DNA of 64,000 nucleotides from Candidatus Spongiisociaceae bacterium (GTDB taxonomy: Bacteria; Actinomycetota; Acidimicrobiia; Spongiisociales; Spongiisociaceae): contig CBDCOH010000002.1 in NCBI GenBank assembly GCA_965219685.1, positions 2,080,001 through 2,144,000 of the forward strand, read 5' to 3'. How positions within the stretch are numbered: position 1 is the first letter of the stretch; the number at the start of each line of letters is the position of its first letter. The notes beneath the pieces were generated by a model. It was not told the DNA's origin and did not search any database. It saw only the letters and a list, made by a program, of their open reading frames with translations. The translations under genes and the position numbers were made by a program. Positions 38,397 to 47,565 of the stretch are shown in pieces.

Positions 38397-40130
38397 TCAG
38401 GCGCCTCGCGCCAACCGGAGGTTCTGGGCCCAGGCCGCGGCCGGCGCCCAGTCGAGGTCGTTGCTTATCCCGTACGGTGACAGTCCGTGGAAGATGTAGA
38501 TGTAGGGCCGGTCCTCCAGCATCCTCCGTTGAGCCGCCCTCAGGTGGCCGACCAGTTCTTCCCCGTCGGCGGCCCCAGCGGTCGCGGCAAGGTGGTTGTC
38601 GACCTCCTCGTTCGAGTACCAGGCGTAGTTGACGCCGCCCTCGGTCGGGAAGCTGCCCGTGCCTATGTAGGCGCCCAGGAGCATGTTGGTGTCCCATCCC
38701 ATGGCCATCGACAGCAGCGGGACCGGTTCCCCGGGCACCGGTTCGGGCACCCCAGCGAACCACTCACCCAGATAGGCCGTCCACTCCAGGATCTGGATCT
38801 GCATCTGGACCCCCACCGCCCCCAGATCGGCCTGGACCTGCTCGAGTATGCGGCCCGGGGTAGGAACACCCATCGCCGAGGTCGACGTCTTGATGTTCAC
38901 CACCAGGTCGGACACCCCCGCCTCGGACAGCAATGCGGCCGCCCGGTCCGGGTCGTAGGGGAAGGGGGTGAGGTCCGGGTCGTACGCCGAGTTGCCGAGA
39001 CCGTAGAACTGGCTGGCCGGTACCCCGGCACCTCGTAGCAGACCATCGGTGATGGCCTCGCGGTTGATGGCCAGGCTGAACGCCTCCCTCACCCTCGGGT
39101 CGCTCCACGGTTCATGGCCGATGTGCCCGGCGAATCCGAAGGTCACGGGCTTGCCGGCGAACTCGATGCGGAGATCCGGGGAGGCGTCGATCTGCGGGAT
39201 GCTGTCGGGGGTCAGCTCCTGGGCGATGTGGAAACTGCCCGTGACGAGGCCGGAGACCTTGGTCGGCTCGTCGGCCACCGGGACGAAGATGAGCCGCTCG
39301 ATGTCGGGAGCGCCGCCCCAGTAGTCGGCGTTCCGCACCAGGACCAACTCACTGCCCCGCTCGTAGGACTCGACCGCGAAGGGTCCCGTACCGATACCGA
39401 CGTTGGAGAACGCCTCGTTCCCCGACTCCATGACCGCGCTGGGACTCACCATGTAGAAGGTGGGCGCCCGGCCCAGGTAGTCGAACCAGCCGGCGTTCGG
39501 CTCCGCCAACTTCACCGTGAACTCGTGCTCCCCCGCCGCGTCGTAGCTCTCGACACCGCCGATGAAACCCGCCACGGTCGCGTTCGCCGTCTCGAAGTAG
39601 TGCTCGAAGCCCTCGTCGAACCACCGCCGGAAGTTGAACACCGCGGCCTCGCTGTTGAATGGTGTCCCGTCATGGAATGTGACACCCTGGCGGAGATTGA
39701 ACGTGTACGTCGTCCCGTCGGAAGAGATATCCCACGACTCGGCGAGGCCGGCCATCAGCGGAACGGGGGCCTCCTGGCTTGAGTAGTCGAGCATCGTGAG
39801 GCCGTCGAAGATGTTGCACAAGGCGATCCAGGCGTTCCCGGCAATGGTCGTGTGGGGGTCGAGCGTGTCCGGATCACCGCTCAGCCCGAACACGACCTCG
39901 GTCAGGGCGGGTGCGGGTGCGGCGGTTGTTGTGGTTTCTGCCGCCGCGGTCGTAGCCGGGGCAGCGGCAGTAGTCGTGGTGTCGTCGGTGGTCGCTCCGC
40001 AACTGGCGAGCAGCAGGTAGCCTATGCTGCCCCCCGCAGTCATCAGGAACTGTCGCCGGCTGAGGCCGTTGCTCGGGATCTCTCGTAATCCCCTGATGCT
40101 CGATAGGCTCTGATCTACGTCTCTGCCCAT
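38397..40130 (-). CDS. Family 5 ABC substrate-binding lipoprotein with Tat signal
   Basis: SRRQFL twin-arginine motif plus LASC lipobox, Thr/Ala linker, DPDTLDP, LAESW..S.DG..YTF.LRQGVTFHDG and GTGPF. Confidence 0.92.
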   Translation of the reverse strand: MGRDVDQSLSSIRGLREIPSNGLSRRQFLMTAGGSIGYLLLASCGATTDDTTTTAAAPATTAAAETTTTAAPAPALTEVVFGLSGDPDTLDPHTTIAGNAWIALCNIFDGLTMLDYSSQEAPVPLMAGLAESWDISSDGTTYTFNLRQGVTFHDGTPFNSEAAVFNFRRWFDEGFEHYFETANATVAGFIGGVESYDAAGEHEFTVKLAEPNAGWFDYLGRAPTFYMVSPSAVMESGNEAFSNVGIGTGPFAVESYERGSELVLVRNADYWGGAPDIERLIFVPVADEPTKVSGLVTGSFHIAQELTPDSIPQIDASPDLRIEFAGKPVTFGFAGHIGHEPWSDPRVREAFSLAINREAITDGLLRGAGVPASQFYGLGNSAYDPDLTPFPYDPDRAAALLSEAGVSDLVVNIKTSTSAMGVPTPGRILEQVQADLGAVGVQMQIQILEWTAYLGEWFAGVPEPVPGEPVPLLSMAMGWDTNMLLGAYIGTGSFPTEGGVNYAWYSNEEVDNHLAATAGAADGEELVGHLRAAQRRMLEDRPYIYIFHGLSPYGISNDLDWAPAAAWAQNLRLARGA

Positions 40131-40413
40131 GGTCTCTTCGACCTTCCGGGACCCATTCGCTCCGCCCTGCGGCCTCCGCCCGGCAGCCGGACCGCGGTAT
40201 CCCGTTACGACTCGACTGCCTCCCCAAACTGGGGAGCAGCTTCTGGCATGTCTAACCGCCCACTGTCGTGGTGTCAACTGGTCTTGGTGACAGAGCGAAA
40301 GATGTGGACAAGATCGAGCAAGTGCCGGGGGTCCATGGTTGTCTCGACATTCAACGGATGTTCGGCACCGGATCAGGGCGCAATAGAACCGCCCCGGCTT
40401 GGACAACGCTCCG

Positions 40414-40455
40414 GCGACCACCAACTAGAGACTACAAACTACCGACCAGAAACCA
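40414..40455. repeat. Heptamer tandem tract (NNRACYA x6)
   Basis: gcgacca ccaacta gagacta caaacta ccgacca gaaacca. Confidence 0.7.
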
Positions 40456-40460
40456 ATCAT

Positions 40461-41305
40461 CTAGGGCGTGTTCACTCTAAGTTACACCCATGTGATACCA
40501 TTAACATATGGAAATAACACAAGAACAATACCAACTCATAGCAGACGCGTTCCCGAAACAGCGGGGCAACGTCAAGGTATCCAACCTCGATGCTCTCAAC
40601 GCCATGCTCCACATACTGGAACAAGGCTGCAAATGGCGGGGCCTTCCCAAAGAGTTCGGGAACTGGCACACCATCTACATGCGGTTCAGGCGCTGGGCGG
40701 CCAGCGGTGTGCTGGTGCGGGTGTTCCAACGCCTACAGCAAGAACAACTCATCGACCTCGAAGTTCTGGGATTGGACAGCACAACAGTCAAGGTCCATCC
40801 CGACGCAGCCGGTGCTCTCAAAAAACATGGTCCCCAGGCCATCGGACGGTCCCGAGGGGGATTGACGACCAAGATTCATATGGTCGCCGCCGACGCTCGT
40901 ACAGCGATCATCTACGCTATTTCCCCAGGCCAGGACCATGATGGCCCCCACGGACGGGAACTCCTCGAAAAGCTCGGATCCCGAAAGAAGAAAGACACCG
41001 AAGCAGAAGGCGAACAACTGCAACTGTTCCTGGTAGCCGACCGCGCCTACGAAGGAGACAACACACGACAACTGGCGCTCGCTCTGGGATACACACCGGT
41101 CATCCCACCCAAAACCAACCGCCGCCACCCATGGGACTACGACCGCCAGATATACAAGCGGCGAAACGAAGTGGAACGGCTCTTCCGCCGGATCAAAGCC
41201 TACCGGCGTGTCTTTGTCCGCTACGACAAACTCGACATCATCTTCCTAGCATTCATCACCCTCGCCCTCATCCACGACACCCTCAAAAGCGTGAACACGC
41301 CCTAG
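40461..41305 (+). mobile_element. IS5-family insertion sequence (IS427-like), ~0.84 kb, inserted at CTAG
   Basis: Perfect inverted ends CTAGGGCGTGTTCAC (40461-40475) and GTGAACACGCCCTAG (41291-41305). A-rich composition. Confidence 0.93.
40508..41305 (+). CDS. IS5 family DDE transposase
   Basis: GCKWRGLPKEFGNWHTIY.RF.RW, LDST.VKVH, IGRSRGGLTTKIH, ADRAY and YKRRNEVERLFRRIK.YRR..RYDK. Confidence 0.95.
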   Translation: MEITQEQYQLIADAFPKQRGNVKVSNLDALNAMLHILEQGCKWRGLPKEFGNWHTIYMRFRRWAASGVLVRVFQRLQQEQLIDLEVLGLDSTTVKVHPDAAGALKKHGPQAIGRSRGGLTTKIHMVAADARTAIIYAISPGQDHDGPHGRELLEKLGSRKKKDTEAEGEQLQLFLVADRAYEGDNTRQLALALGYTPVIPPKTNRRHPWDYDRQIYKRRNEVERLFRRIKAYRRVFVRYDKLDIIFLAFITLALIHDTLKSVNTP

Positions 41306-42243
41306 TCCTGCTGCCGAGTTTCCAGGCTCCTGAGGGTGGCAACGGAGTGCGCAGCCAGTACGGCGAGCAGCAGGAGCCCACCCACCACGGTTGCGGTACC
41401 CGGTACCTCTCCGACCGCCAGCCATACCCAGTAGGCGCCCAGCACGGTCTGCAACAGCAGCAGCAACGCCACCTCGGCAGCAGGTATGAACCGGGGGCCG
41501 GTGGCGATCAGGCCGAAAGCGACGGGGCCCACGACCAGACCCAGGACGACGAGCAGAACCCAGTCGCGGAGACCGGCCGAAGCCGGGTTGGCGGCTGGTA
41601 GACCGACGAGGCCGGCCAAACCCGCTCCGAGCGCCACTGCCGGAACCAGGTTGAGCGATGGTCTCGACCTCAGCACCACCAGTGTCCCCCCGATCGCGAC
41701 CGCGGCGACGAGGCCGGCGAGTGTGCCTGCAAGGTCGCCCGTCACCAGCGAACCGTACATGATCACCAATGTCGCCACGGCCGCTCCTCCGATGGCGACC
41801 CACGTTCGTCGCGGCACCTCCTGCCTGAGGACGGCACGGGTGAGCAGGCCGGCGAAGAGTGGGCTCAGGCTGATCATCAGCAGGGTGTTCGCCACCGAGG
41901 TGTGGGTGATCGAGTAGATGAACATCACGTTGTCGAGAGCGAAAAGCAGCGCCGCCGTGATACCGGCGAGTCCCATCGCCGCCCGCAACTCAGCCTTCCA
42001 CCTGGTTCGCTCCACGACCAGGAAGAAGGCGAGCAGGCCGGGCGCCGACAGCACGCCCCGCACGAACATGAGCGTCCACGCGTCCACCTCTACGAGCCGG
42101 ATCGGGATTCCCTGGAGGCTCAGGACGACGACGCCCGCGGATGTGATCAACAGTCCTTTGGCCTGCCGTGAGAGGGACGAAAACCTACCTACCAACGTAA
42201 ACCTCCTCGTCACCAGGCAGCCCGCAGCCGTGGTCAGTTGCAT
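41302..42243 (-). CDS. DMT/EamA family transporter
   Basis: About 10 TM segments. TSVANTL..SLSPLFA and GPRFIPAAEVALL motifs. Close paralog of 43275-44192. Confidence 0.88.
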   Translation of the reverse strand: MQLTTAAGCLVTRRFTLVGRFSSLSRQAKGLLITSAGVVVLSLQGIPIRLVEVDAWTLMFVRGVLSAPGLLAFFLVVERTRWKAELRAAMGLAGITAALLFALDNVMFIYSITHTSVANTLLMISLSPLFAGLLTRAVLRQEVPRRTWVAIGGAAVATLVIMYGSLVTGDLAGTLAGLVAAVAIGGTLVVLRSRPSLNLVPAVALGAGLAGLVGLPAANPASAGLRDWVLLVVLGLVVGPVAFGLIATGPRFIPAAEVALLLLLQTVLGAYWVWLAVGEVPGTATVVGGLLLLAVLAAHSVATLRSLETRQQD

Positions 42244-42585
42244 CGTCAGCCGAAGCCGGGACTCCGGACGGCGACAACACTAGGCGTCGTTCCGCCTGGG
42301 CGGAACTCGCTCTCGGCAGGTCCAGCCGGACCCGCCGTAGCTCCCGGGCAGTGGGTGACCCGGGAGGCGGACGAGATCACGACCGGAAATCGGAGTATCC
42401 TTCCGTTGGCCGAAACGGGACCGAAGATCACCTTGCGGCCTCACTAGGCCGGGCCAGCCGGCCGGTGCGAACCGGTAGGGAAGCGACGACCGCTCTCCCT
42501 GCGGTTGCCGCCATCGCAGTCGAGTCGAAGGTCACTCGATATCCCGCACCGCCATCGAACATCCGTCGAAGAACGAGGAGTATCC

Positions 42586-43125
42586 ATGCCAATTCGCGAA
42601 CAACCAGGCTGTTACCGCCATGTCGTCGGACTGCGCGCGGTGCGCCGATTCCGGACGATGGTGATCCCTGACGATGACGTCATTGCGATCCTGGAGGCCG
42701 GCCGGTGGACCGGGAGCGCTAGGAACCGTCAGGCCTGGGCGTTCGTCGTCATGAGCGGACCGGATGAGGTCGCCCGCTTGGCGGAGGTCAGCCTCCCCGA
42801 TAGTCCACTCACCCGCGCTCCGCTGGCCATCGCCCTCGTGCAACTCCCCAACGGGAACGACTTCGACATGGGCCGGACCGCCCAGAACATGATGTTGGCG
42901 GCCAGCGCCAGAGGCATCGGGTCGTGTCCGGTCACCTTGCGGGATCAGCAACTCGCCGCCGACGTGCTACACCTGCCCGAGGGTTACAAGGCCCGGCGGG
43001 CCATCGCCTTCGGCTACCCCGACGATCTAGCAGAGTCTGCGGAGCGTGCCGAACGCCGGGCGGGCGGAGGCACCGGCCGACGGCCCCTCGACCACCTCGC
43101 TCATTACGGCCGATTCCGGAGCTGA
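42586..43125 (+). CDS. Nitroreductase family protein
   Basis: RAVRRF, ILEAGRWTGSARNRQAW.F, FDMGRTAQNMMLAA...GIGSC and IAFGYP. GAGGAG RBS. Confidence 0.9.
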   Translation: MPIREQPGCYRHVVGLRAVRRFRTMVIPDDDVIAILEAGRWTGSARNRQAWAFVVMSGPDEVARLAEVSLPDSPLTRAPLAIALVQLPNGNDFDMGRTAQNMMLAASARGIGSCPVTLRDQQLAADVLHLPEGYKARRAIAFGYPDDLAESAERAERRAGGGTGRRPLDHLAHYGRFRS

Positions 43126-43274
43126 TCGCATCGGGACGCCGGACGAGTCGATCGTCGCAAGCGGTGCCGGCGCCGGGGTCATGACCACCGCCGCTCAGGC
43201 AGACCCGGGGAGATCGCCTCCGCCGGGGTCCCGCGTACTCGAATGGCGACTCGGCCGGTTTCGAGTGGTGATCC

Positions 43275-44192
43275 TCATGCAGCGTTCTCCGTCGAGGGGT
43301 GTTCCGTGAGGCTTCTCAGGGTTGCGACGGAGTGAGCCGCCAGCACCACCACCAGGATCACCCCGCCCACCACGGTCGCCAGGGTGGGAACCTCACCGAT
43401 GACCATCCAGACCAGTAGAGCCCCCAATACCGTCTCGAGAAGAAGGAACAAGGCCACTTCGGCAGCCGGAATGTACCTGGGCCCCGTAGCGATCAGCCCG
43501 AAAGCGACCGGAACGACGATCAGCCCCAGGACGACGAGGTACATCCAGTCCTGGGCACCGGCCGACGACGGGACTGCGGCGGGCAGGCCGACGAGCGCCG
43601 CCAGTCCCGAGCCCAATGCCACCGCAGGGACCATGTTGAGGTCCGGATGAGCCCGCAGCACCACCAGGGTCCCGCCGATCGCCGCCGCCGCTATGAGACC
43701 GGCGAGCGTACCCGCCAGATCGCCCTCGACCAGCGACCCGAGCATGATGATCAACGTCGCCACGGCTCCCCCCGCGATGGCCAGCCATGTTCGTCGAGGA
43801 ACCTGCTCGCGAAGCACGAGCCAGGTGAACAACCCGGCGAACAGCGGGCTGAGGCTGATCAGGAGAAGGGTGTTCGCCACCGAGGTGTGAGTGATCGAGT
43901 AGATGAAGCCGACGTTGTCGATCGCGAAGAGCACCGCTGCCAGAAGACCTGCGAGGCCCATAGACCGCAACTGGCCCCGCCACCCGCGCCTCTCCACAAT
44001 CAGGAAGAACAGGAACAGGCCCGGGGCCGCAAGCACTCCCCGCAGGAACAGCAGCGTCCAGGAGTCGATGTCGATCGATCGGATCAGGACGCCTTCGAAG
44101 CTGAGCACGAGGACGCCGACGATCGTGATGAGCTGCCCGAGAGCTGTTCGCGAGAGGCCGAGGGGCTCGGTTCCCGGCGTCGAGGCGCTCAT
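43275..44192 (-). CDS. DMT/EamA family transporter
   Basis: About 10 TM segments. GPRYIPAAEVALFLLLETVLG. Paralog of 41302-42243. Confidence 0.9.
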   Translation of the reverse strand: MSASTPGTEPLGLSRTALGQLITIVGVLVLSFEGVLIRSIDIDSWTLLFLRGVLAAPGLFLFFLIVERRGWRGQLRSMGLAGLLAAVLFAIDNVGFIYSITHTSVANTLLLISLSPLFAGLFTWLVLREQVPRRTWLAIAGGAVATLIIMLGSLVEGDLAGTLAGLIAAAAIGGTLVVLRAHPDLNMVPAVALGSGLAALVGLPAAVPSSAGAQDWMYLVVLGLIVVPVAFGLIATGPRYIPAAEVALFLLLETVLGALLVWMVIGEVPTLATVVGGVILVVVLAAHSVATLRSLTEHPSTENAA

Positions 44193-44350
44193 ACAGACTG
44201 CCGCCTTGGGCAATACTCGCGCTCCGTCTCCGGACCTTTCCAACCGGTCGCACCTATTGGACGACGCCCCCGCTCGCGTACGGTCGACGGCCGTCGACGC
44301 AAGGGCCGCCTGCCGGAACCGGGGGAGGGCCTGATACCGGACACCGACAG

Positions 44351-45343
44351 TTAGGGCATGTACGAGCCGCTGTGGTCCAAAGAGCCCAGCAGGCGGCGGT
44401 ATGACATCGCCGCTGCATCCGGGACTTTCAGGTGGAGTTCCTGCCTCAGGTCCAGCGGTATCTCTTCGGGGCGTTGCGACTCGACGATGTCCCTGTCCTG
44501 CAGCAGCACGAACCTCTGGAAGTCGGCGACCGAATCATCGTCCTCGTCGAAAGAGTGGTCCCTCGCCCGCCAGCAGTAGACCCGGGTTCTGTTCGAGGAG
44601 ATTGGCGAGGTGATCATCGATATGTAGTCGTGCTCCCCCGGTCTGCTGTCCCATCCACCCTCTATGTGAGCAGTGAAAGGCAGGTGGAGGGTATAGGCGT
44701 AGTAGGAGTGGTTGCCCGCTCCCTTGTCACTAGCCTCCTCAAGGTCCTTGGGCATCGGCGGCCAGACCGTGTAGCTGATCGTGGAGCCTTCGGTCGTGAC
44801 GGTGTGGCGCGGTGTCACGGTGTTGTCACGGGTTCCGAGAATGCCGTCGTGTACCCAGGCGAAGTGGGACACATCGAGGAAGTTCTCGATCGCTCGACCA
44901 GCAGATGTCGACCAGACACCGTCGTAGACGAGCAAGGTCCGGAACCGGTGCCGGTCCCAAAGCCCATCGGGAAACGGCGGAACGGGTGCCGCCGGTTCAT
45001 CCAGACACACCCAGACCAGGTTGTATGCCTCGACCGCGCGATAGGCGGTCGTGCGGGCCTTCGGTGGAATCCGGGAACCTTCCGGCAACGACGGGATCCT
45101 GATGCAGCGGCCTGTCGGGTCATATCGCCAGCCGTGATAAGCACACGTGATGTTGCCATCCTCGACCCATCCGAGCGAGAGAGCGGTTCCCCGGTGGATG
45201 CACAGGTCCTTCAGCGCGACGATGCCGGACCCGGCCCGGAACAGGACGACTTGCTCGTCCAGCAGTCCCACCTGCACCGGTTTGGTAGTCACATCTCCGG
45301 CCCGTGCGACCGGGTGCCAGTAGTTGCGCAGTGTCGGGACCAA
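44351..45343 (-). CDS. Rieske non-heme iron oxygenase (VanA/NdmAB-like demethylase family)
   Basis: Rieske motifs DLCIHRG...CAYHGW, iron site ENFLDVSHFAWVH, and C-terminal QDRDIVESQRPEEIPLD. TTG start after GAGGT. Confidence 0.88.
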   Translation of the reverse strand: MVPTLRNYWHPVARAGDVTTKPVQVGLLDEQVVLFRAGSGIVALKDLCIHRGTALSLGWVEDGNITCAYHGWRYDPTGRCIRIPSLPEGSRIPPKARTTAYRAVEAYNLVWVCLDEPAAPVPPFPDGLWDRHRFRTLLVYDGVWSTSAGRAIENFLDVSHFAWVHDGILGTRDNTVTPRHTVTTEGSTISYTVWPPMPKDLEEASDKGAGNHSYYAYTLHLPFTAHIEGGWDSRPGEHDYISMITSPISSNRTRVYCWRARDHSFDEDDDSVADFQRFVLLQDRDIVESQRPEEIPLDLRQELHLKVPDAAAMSYRRLLGSLDHSGSYMP

Positions 45344-45573
45344 GCCTGCTTACCTCGATTCGAACTACAACTCAGGTTAGCCGTGGACCGACAACCCGGA
45401 CATGCCTGTGGTCTGCGGCCAGCCGATCCAACGGACCCGCACCTCCCCGAGCACCAGCCGATTCGTGGCAGCCGCCGGCACTCACTCGCGCATCGGGTGG
45501 TCGGGGGCGAGGGGAGCGTCCGAAGGAGCGACCTGGATCGGGATGGGGGATATTCGCGTTCAGGATCGTCGGC

Positions 45574-45903
45574 TCAGAGATCCCGAAGAACCGCGCGCAA
45601 CTCCGCCAGTGATAGGAAGAGGGCCGTCTGCTGCCCGCTCGCTGTGGTGTGATCACGGATCTCGAGGCTGCGAGTGTACGCGGACAGCGCGGACCGGAGA
45701 CGCCCGACCTCACTCGCAACCGCGTCGGGCCACTCGGTGAGTTCCTCCAGCGTCATACGGGCCTCTTCAAGGGCGGGAAGGGCCATGTCGAGCCCGACAC
45801 CCGGCGAGTCCCACCGGAGTTTGTAGACGCTGGCCTTGTAGATCTGGAGGTCGATGTCGGTCACCGCCGCCCATAGCAAAGCCTTGCTGCCCTCAGGGAT
45901 CAT
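45574..45903 (-). CDS. Small helical hypothetical protein downstream of a UbiD gene
   Basis: 109 aa, GGAGGG RBS, amphipathic helical pattern, high-GC3 codon usage. Confidence 0.65.
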   Translation of the reverse strand: MIPEGSKALLWAAVTDIDLQIYKASVYKLRWDSPGVGLDMALPALEEARMTLEELTEWPDAVASEVGRLRSALSAYTRSLEIRDHTTASGQQTALFLSLAELRAVLRDL

Positions 45904-45939
45904 CGTGCAACCCTCCCGCCGTGATCGTGTTGCCGGCCG

Positions 45940-47346
45940 TCATGACCTGTCCACCGACCGCCACTCGGTCAAGTAGTCCGACAGTTCCATGCCTTCCCAG
46001 ACCTCCCTGGGTACATCGGCGCGTTCCTCGAAGGGCGCCTCGACCGGCTTGGTGGCGTCGATCGCCCACTTGGTGTTCATGGTGTCCTTCTCCCAGCGGC
46101 TCCATATCGAGTAGGAGGCGGGGTCCAGCCGCGAGGTGGCGGACTCCGGGACGAAGAACGTGGAGCGGTCCGGCTGCGTCCGGGTCGCGATGGCCCACAA
46201 CACGTCGGCGTCGTTGTGAATGTCAACATCCTCGTCGACCACGACCGCCAGCTTCACGAAGGGATCGGACGACAGGGCGGCGAGAGCGGCCAGCTTGCCG
46301 GCTCCGTCGTACTCCTTGCGGATCCTGACGTAGGCGTGGAACCGGCATATCCCCGACATCGGCATGGCAACGTCGATGACGGACGGCACCGCGGCCTTGA
46401 CCCTTTTGTAGAGGACCGACTCCCGGCCGAGCCGACCGGTGAGGTTGTGCTCCGGGTGCGCCGCGAACAGATGGTGGAAGATCGCATCCTTGCGGTGGGT
46501 GATGGCGGTCACCTCCATCACGGGACTGGGCCGCTCGAGTCCGTAGTACCAGGTGAACTCCCCATATGGACCCTCACCCATACGCTGGTGAGGAAGGATC
46601 CGGCCTTCTATCACGACCTCGGCGTAGGCGGGGACCAGGACATCGACCGTCTTGGCCCTGGTGACCGCCAGCGGTTCCTGCAGGAGCCCGCCCATCACCT
46701 CGTACTCGTCCTCGCCGAAGGGGATCTTCGATTGGCATCCCAGCAGGCAGGCGGGGTGATGACCGATCCAGGTCACCGCTTCGAGCGGCTCGCCCCGTGC
46801 CTCGTACGGGCGATGGACCTGGCCGATGTGGGTGTGCTTCTCGTAGCTCATGCCCAACGTGTTGCGGGAGTGAACCATCATCCGGTATATGCCGGAGTTG
46901 AACTTGTCGGTTCCCGGGTGGCGAACCGTGGTGATACCCGCGCTGATGAACGGCCCGGAGTCCTTCCCGCAGTTGGTCACTATCGGGACCTCATGGAGGT
47001 TCACGTCGTCGGCCCCGATGACCACATCCTGGGCCGGCCCCGTATCGACCACCTCGTACGGGATGCGGGCATCTTCCCGATCGATATAGGCCTTCGTCAT
47101 CTCGGACGGGGTGGTCTCGAGCGCTTCGGCCAGCAGGGAGGCGCTGCCCAGCACGTTGGAGATGGTCCGCAGGTCCGATCCCTCGACCGACTCGAACAGC
47201 ACCACCGGGTAGCGGCCCTCCGACTGCAGCTTCCTCAGCACGCCGGGAAGTTCGTAGACCGGACTCACCGGGCGCGAGACACGAACCAACTCGGATGCGG
47301 CATTCGCTTCGACGCGCTTGAGGAAACTCCTCAGATCCTTGGCCAC
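45940..47346 (-). CDS. UbiD family (prFMN-dependent) decarboxylase 1
   Basis: KDLRSFL, DSGPFISAG, NSGIYR, EGPYGEF, VVVDEDVDI..DVLWAIATR.QP and AIDATKP. Confidence 0.93.
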   Translation of the reverse strand: MAKDLRSFLKRVEANAASELVRVSRPVSPVYELPGVLRKLQSEGRYPVVLFESVEGSDLRTISNVLGSASLLAEALETTPSEMTKAYIDREDARIPYEVVDTGPAQDVVIGADDVNLHEVPIVTNCGKDSGPFISAGITTVRHPGTDKFNSGIYRMMVHSRNTLGMSYEKHTHIGQVHRPYEARGEPLEAVTWIGHHPACLLGCQSKIPFGEDEYEVMGGLLQEPLAVTRAKTVDVLVPAYAEVVIEGRILPHQRMGEGPYGEFTWYYGLERPSPVMEVTAITHRKDAIFHHLFAAHPEHNLTGRLGRESVLYKRVKAAVPSVIDVAMPMSGICRFHAYVRIRKEYDGAGKLAALAALSSDPFVKLAVVVDEDVDIHNDADVLWAIATRTQPDRSTFFVPESATSRLDPASYSIWSRWEKDTMNTKWAIDATKPVEAPFEERADVPREVWEGMELSDYLTEWRSVDRS

Positions 47347-47565
47347 AGGACTCCCCTCCTCGTTCACAACTGCCCCATGAGACTAGCCACATGGGCGTTG
47401 CCGTCCGCGGCACGAACGCGGCCGTCCCTTCTATCGGGTTGCTGCGTGGCGATCCGGTCCGGACCGAAGCAACCCGCGCGGTCCAGGCCATAAGATGTCC
47501 CGGTACCGGGCACTGCGCCGCCGGCGGCGCGATCCCCCGCCCTCCCGCCGGCCTAGGAGACATGG

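Noticed and set aside
45940-47346. Ubiquinone or menaquinone biosynthetic ubiD/mqnL role for the UbiD genes
   Set aside because: Three paralogs in a catabolic context with no prenyltransferase or other quinone genes nearby.
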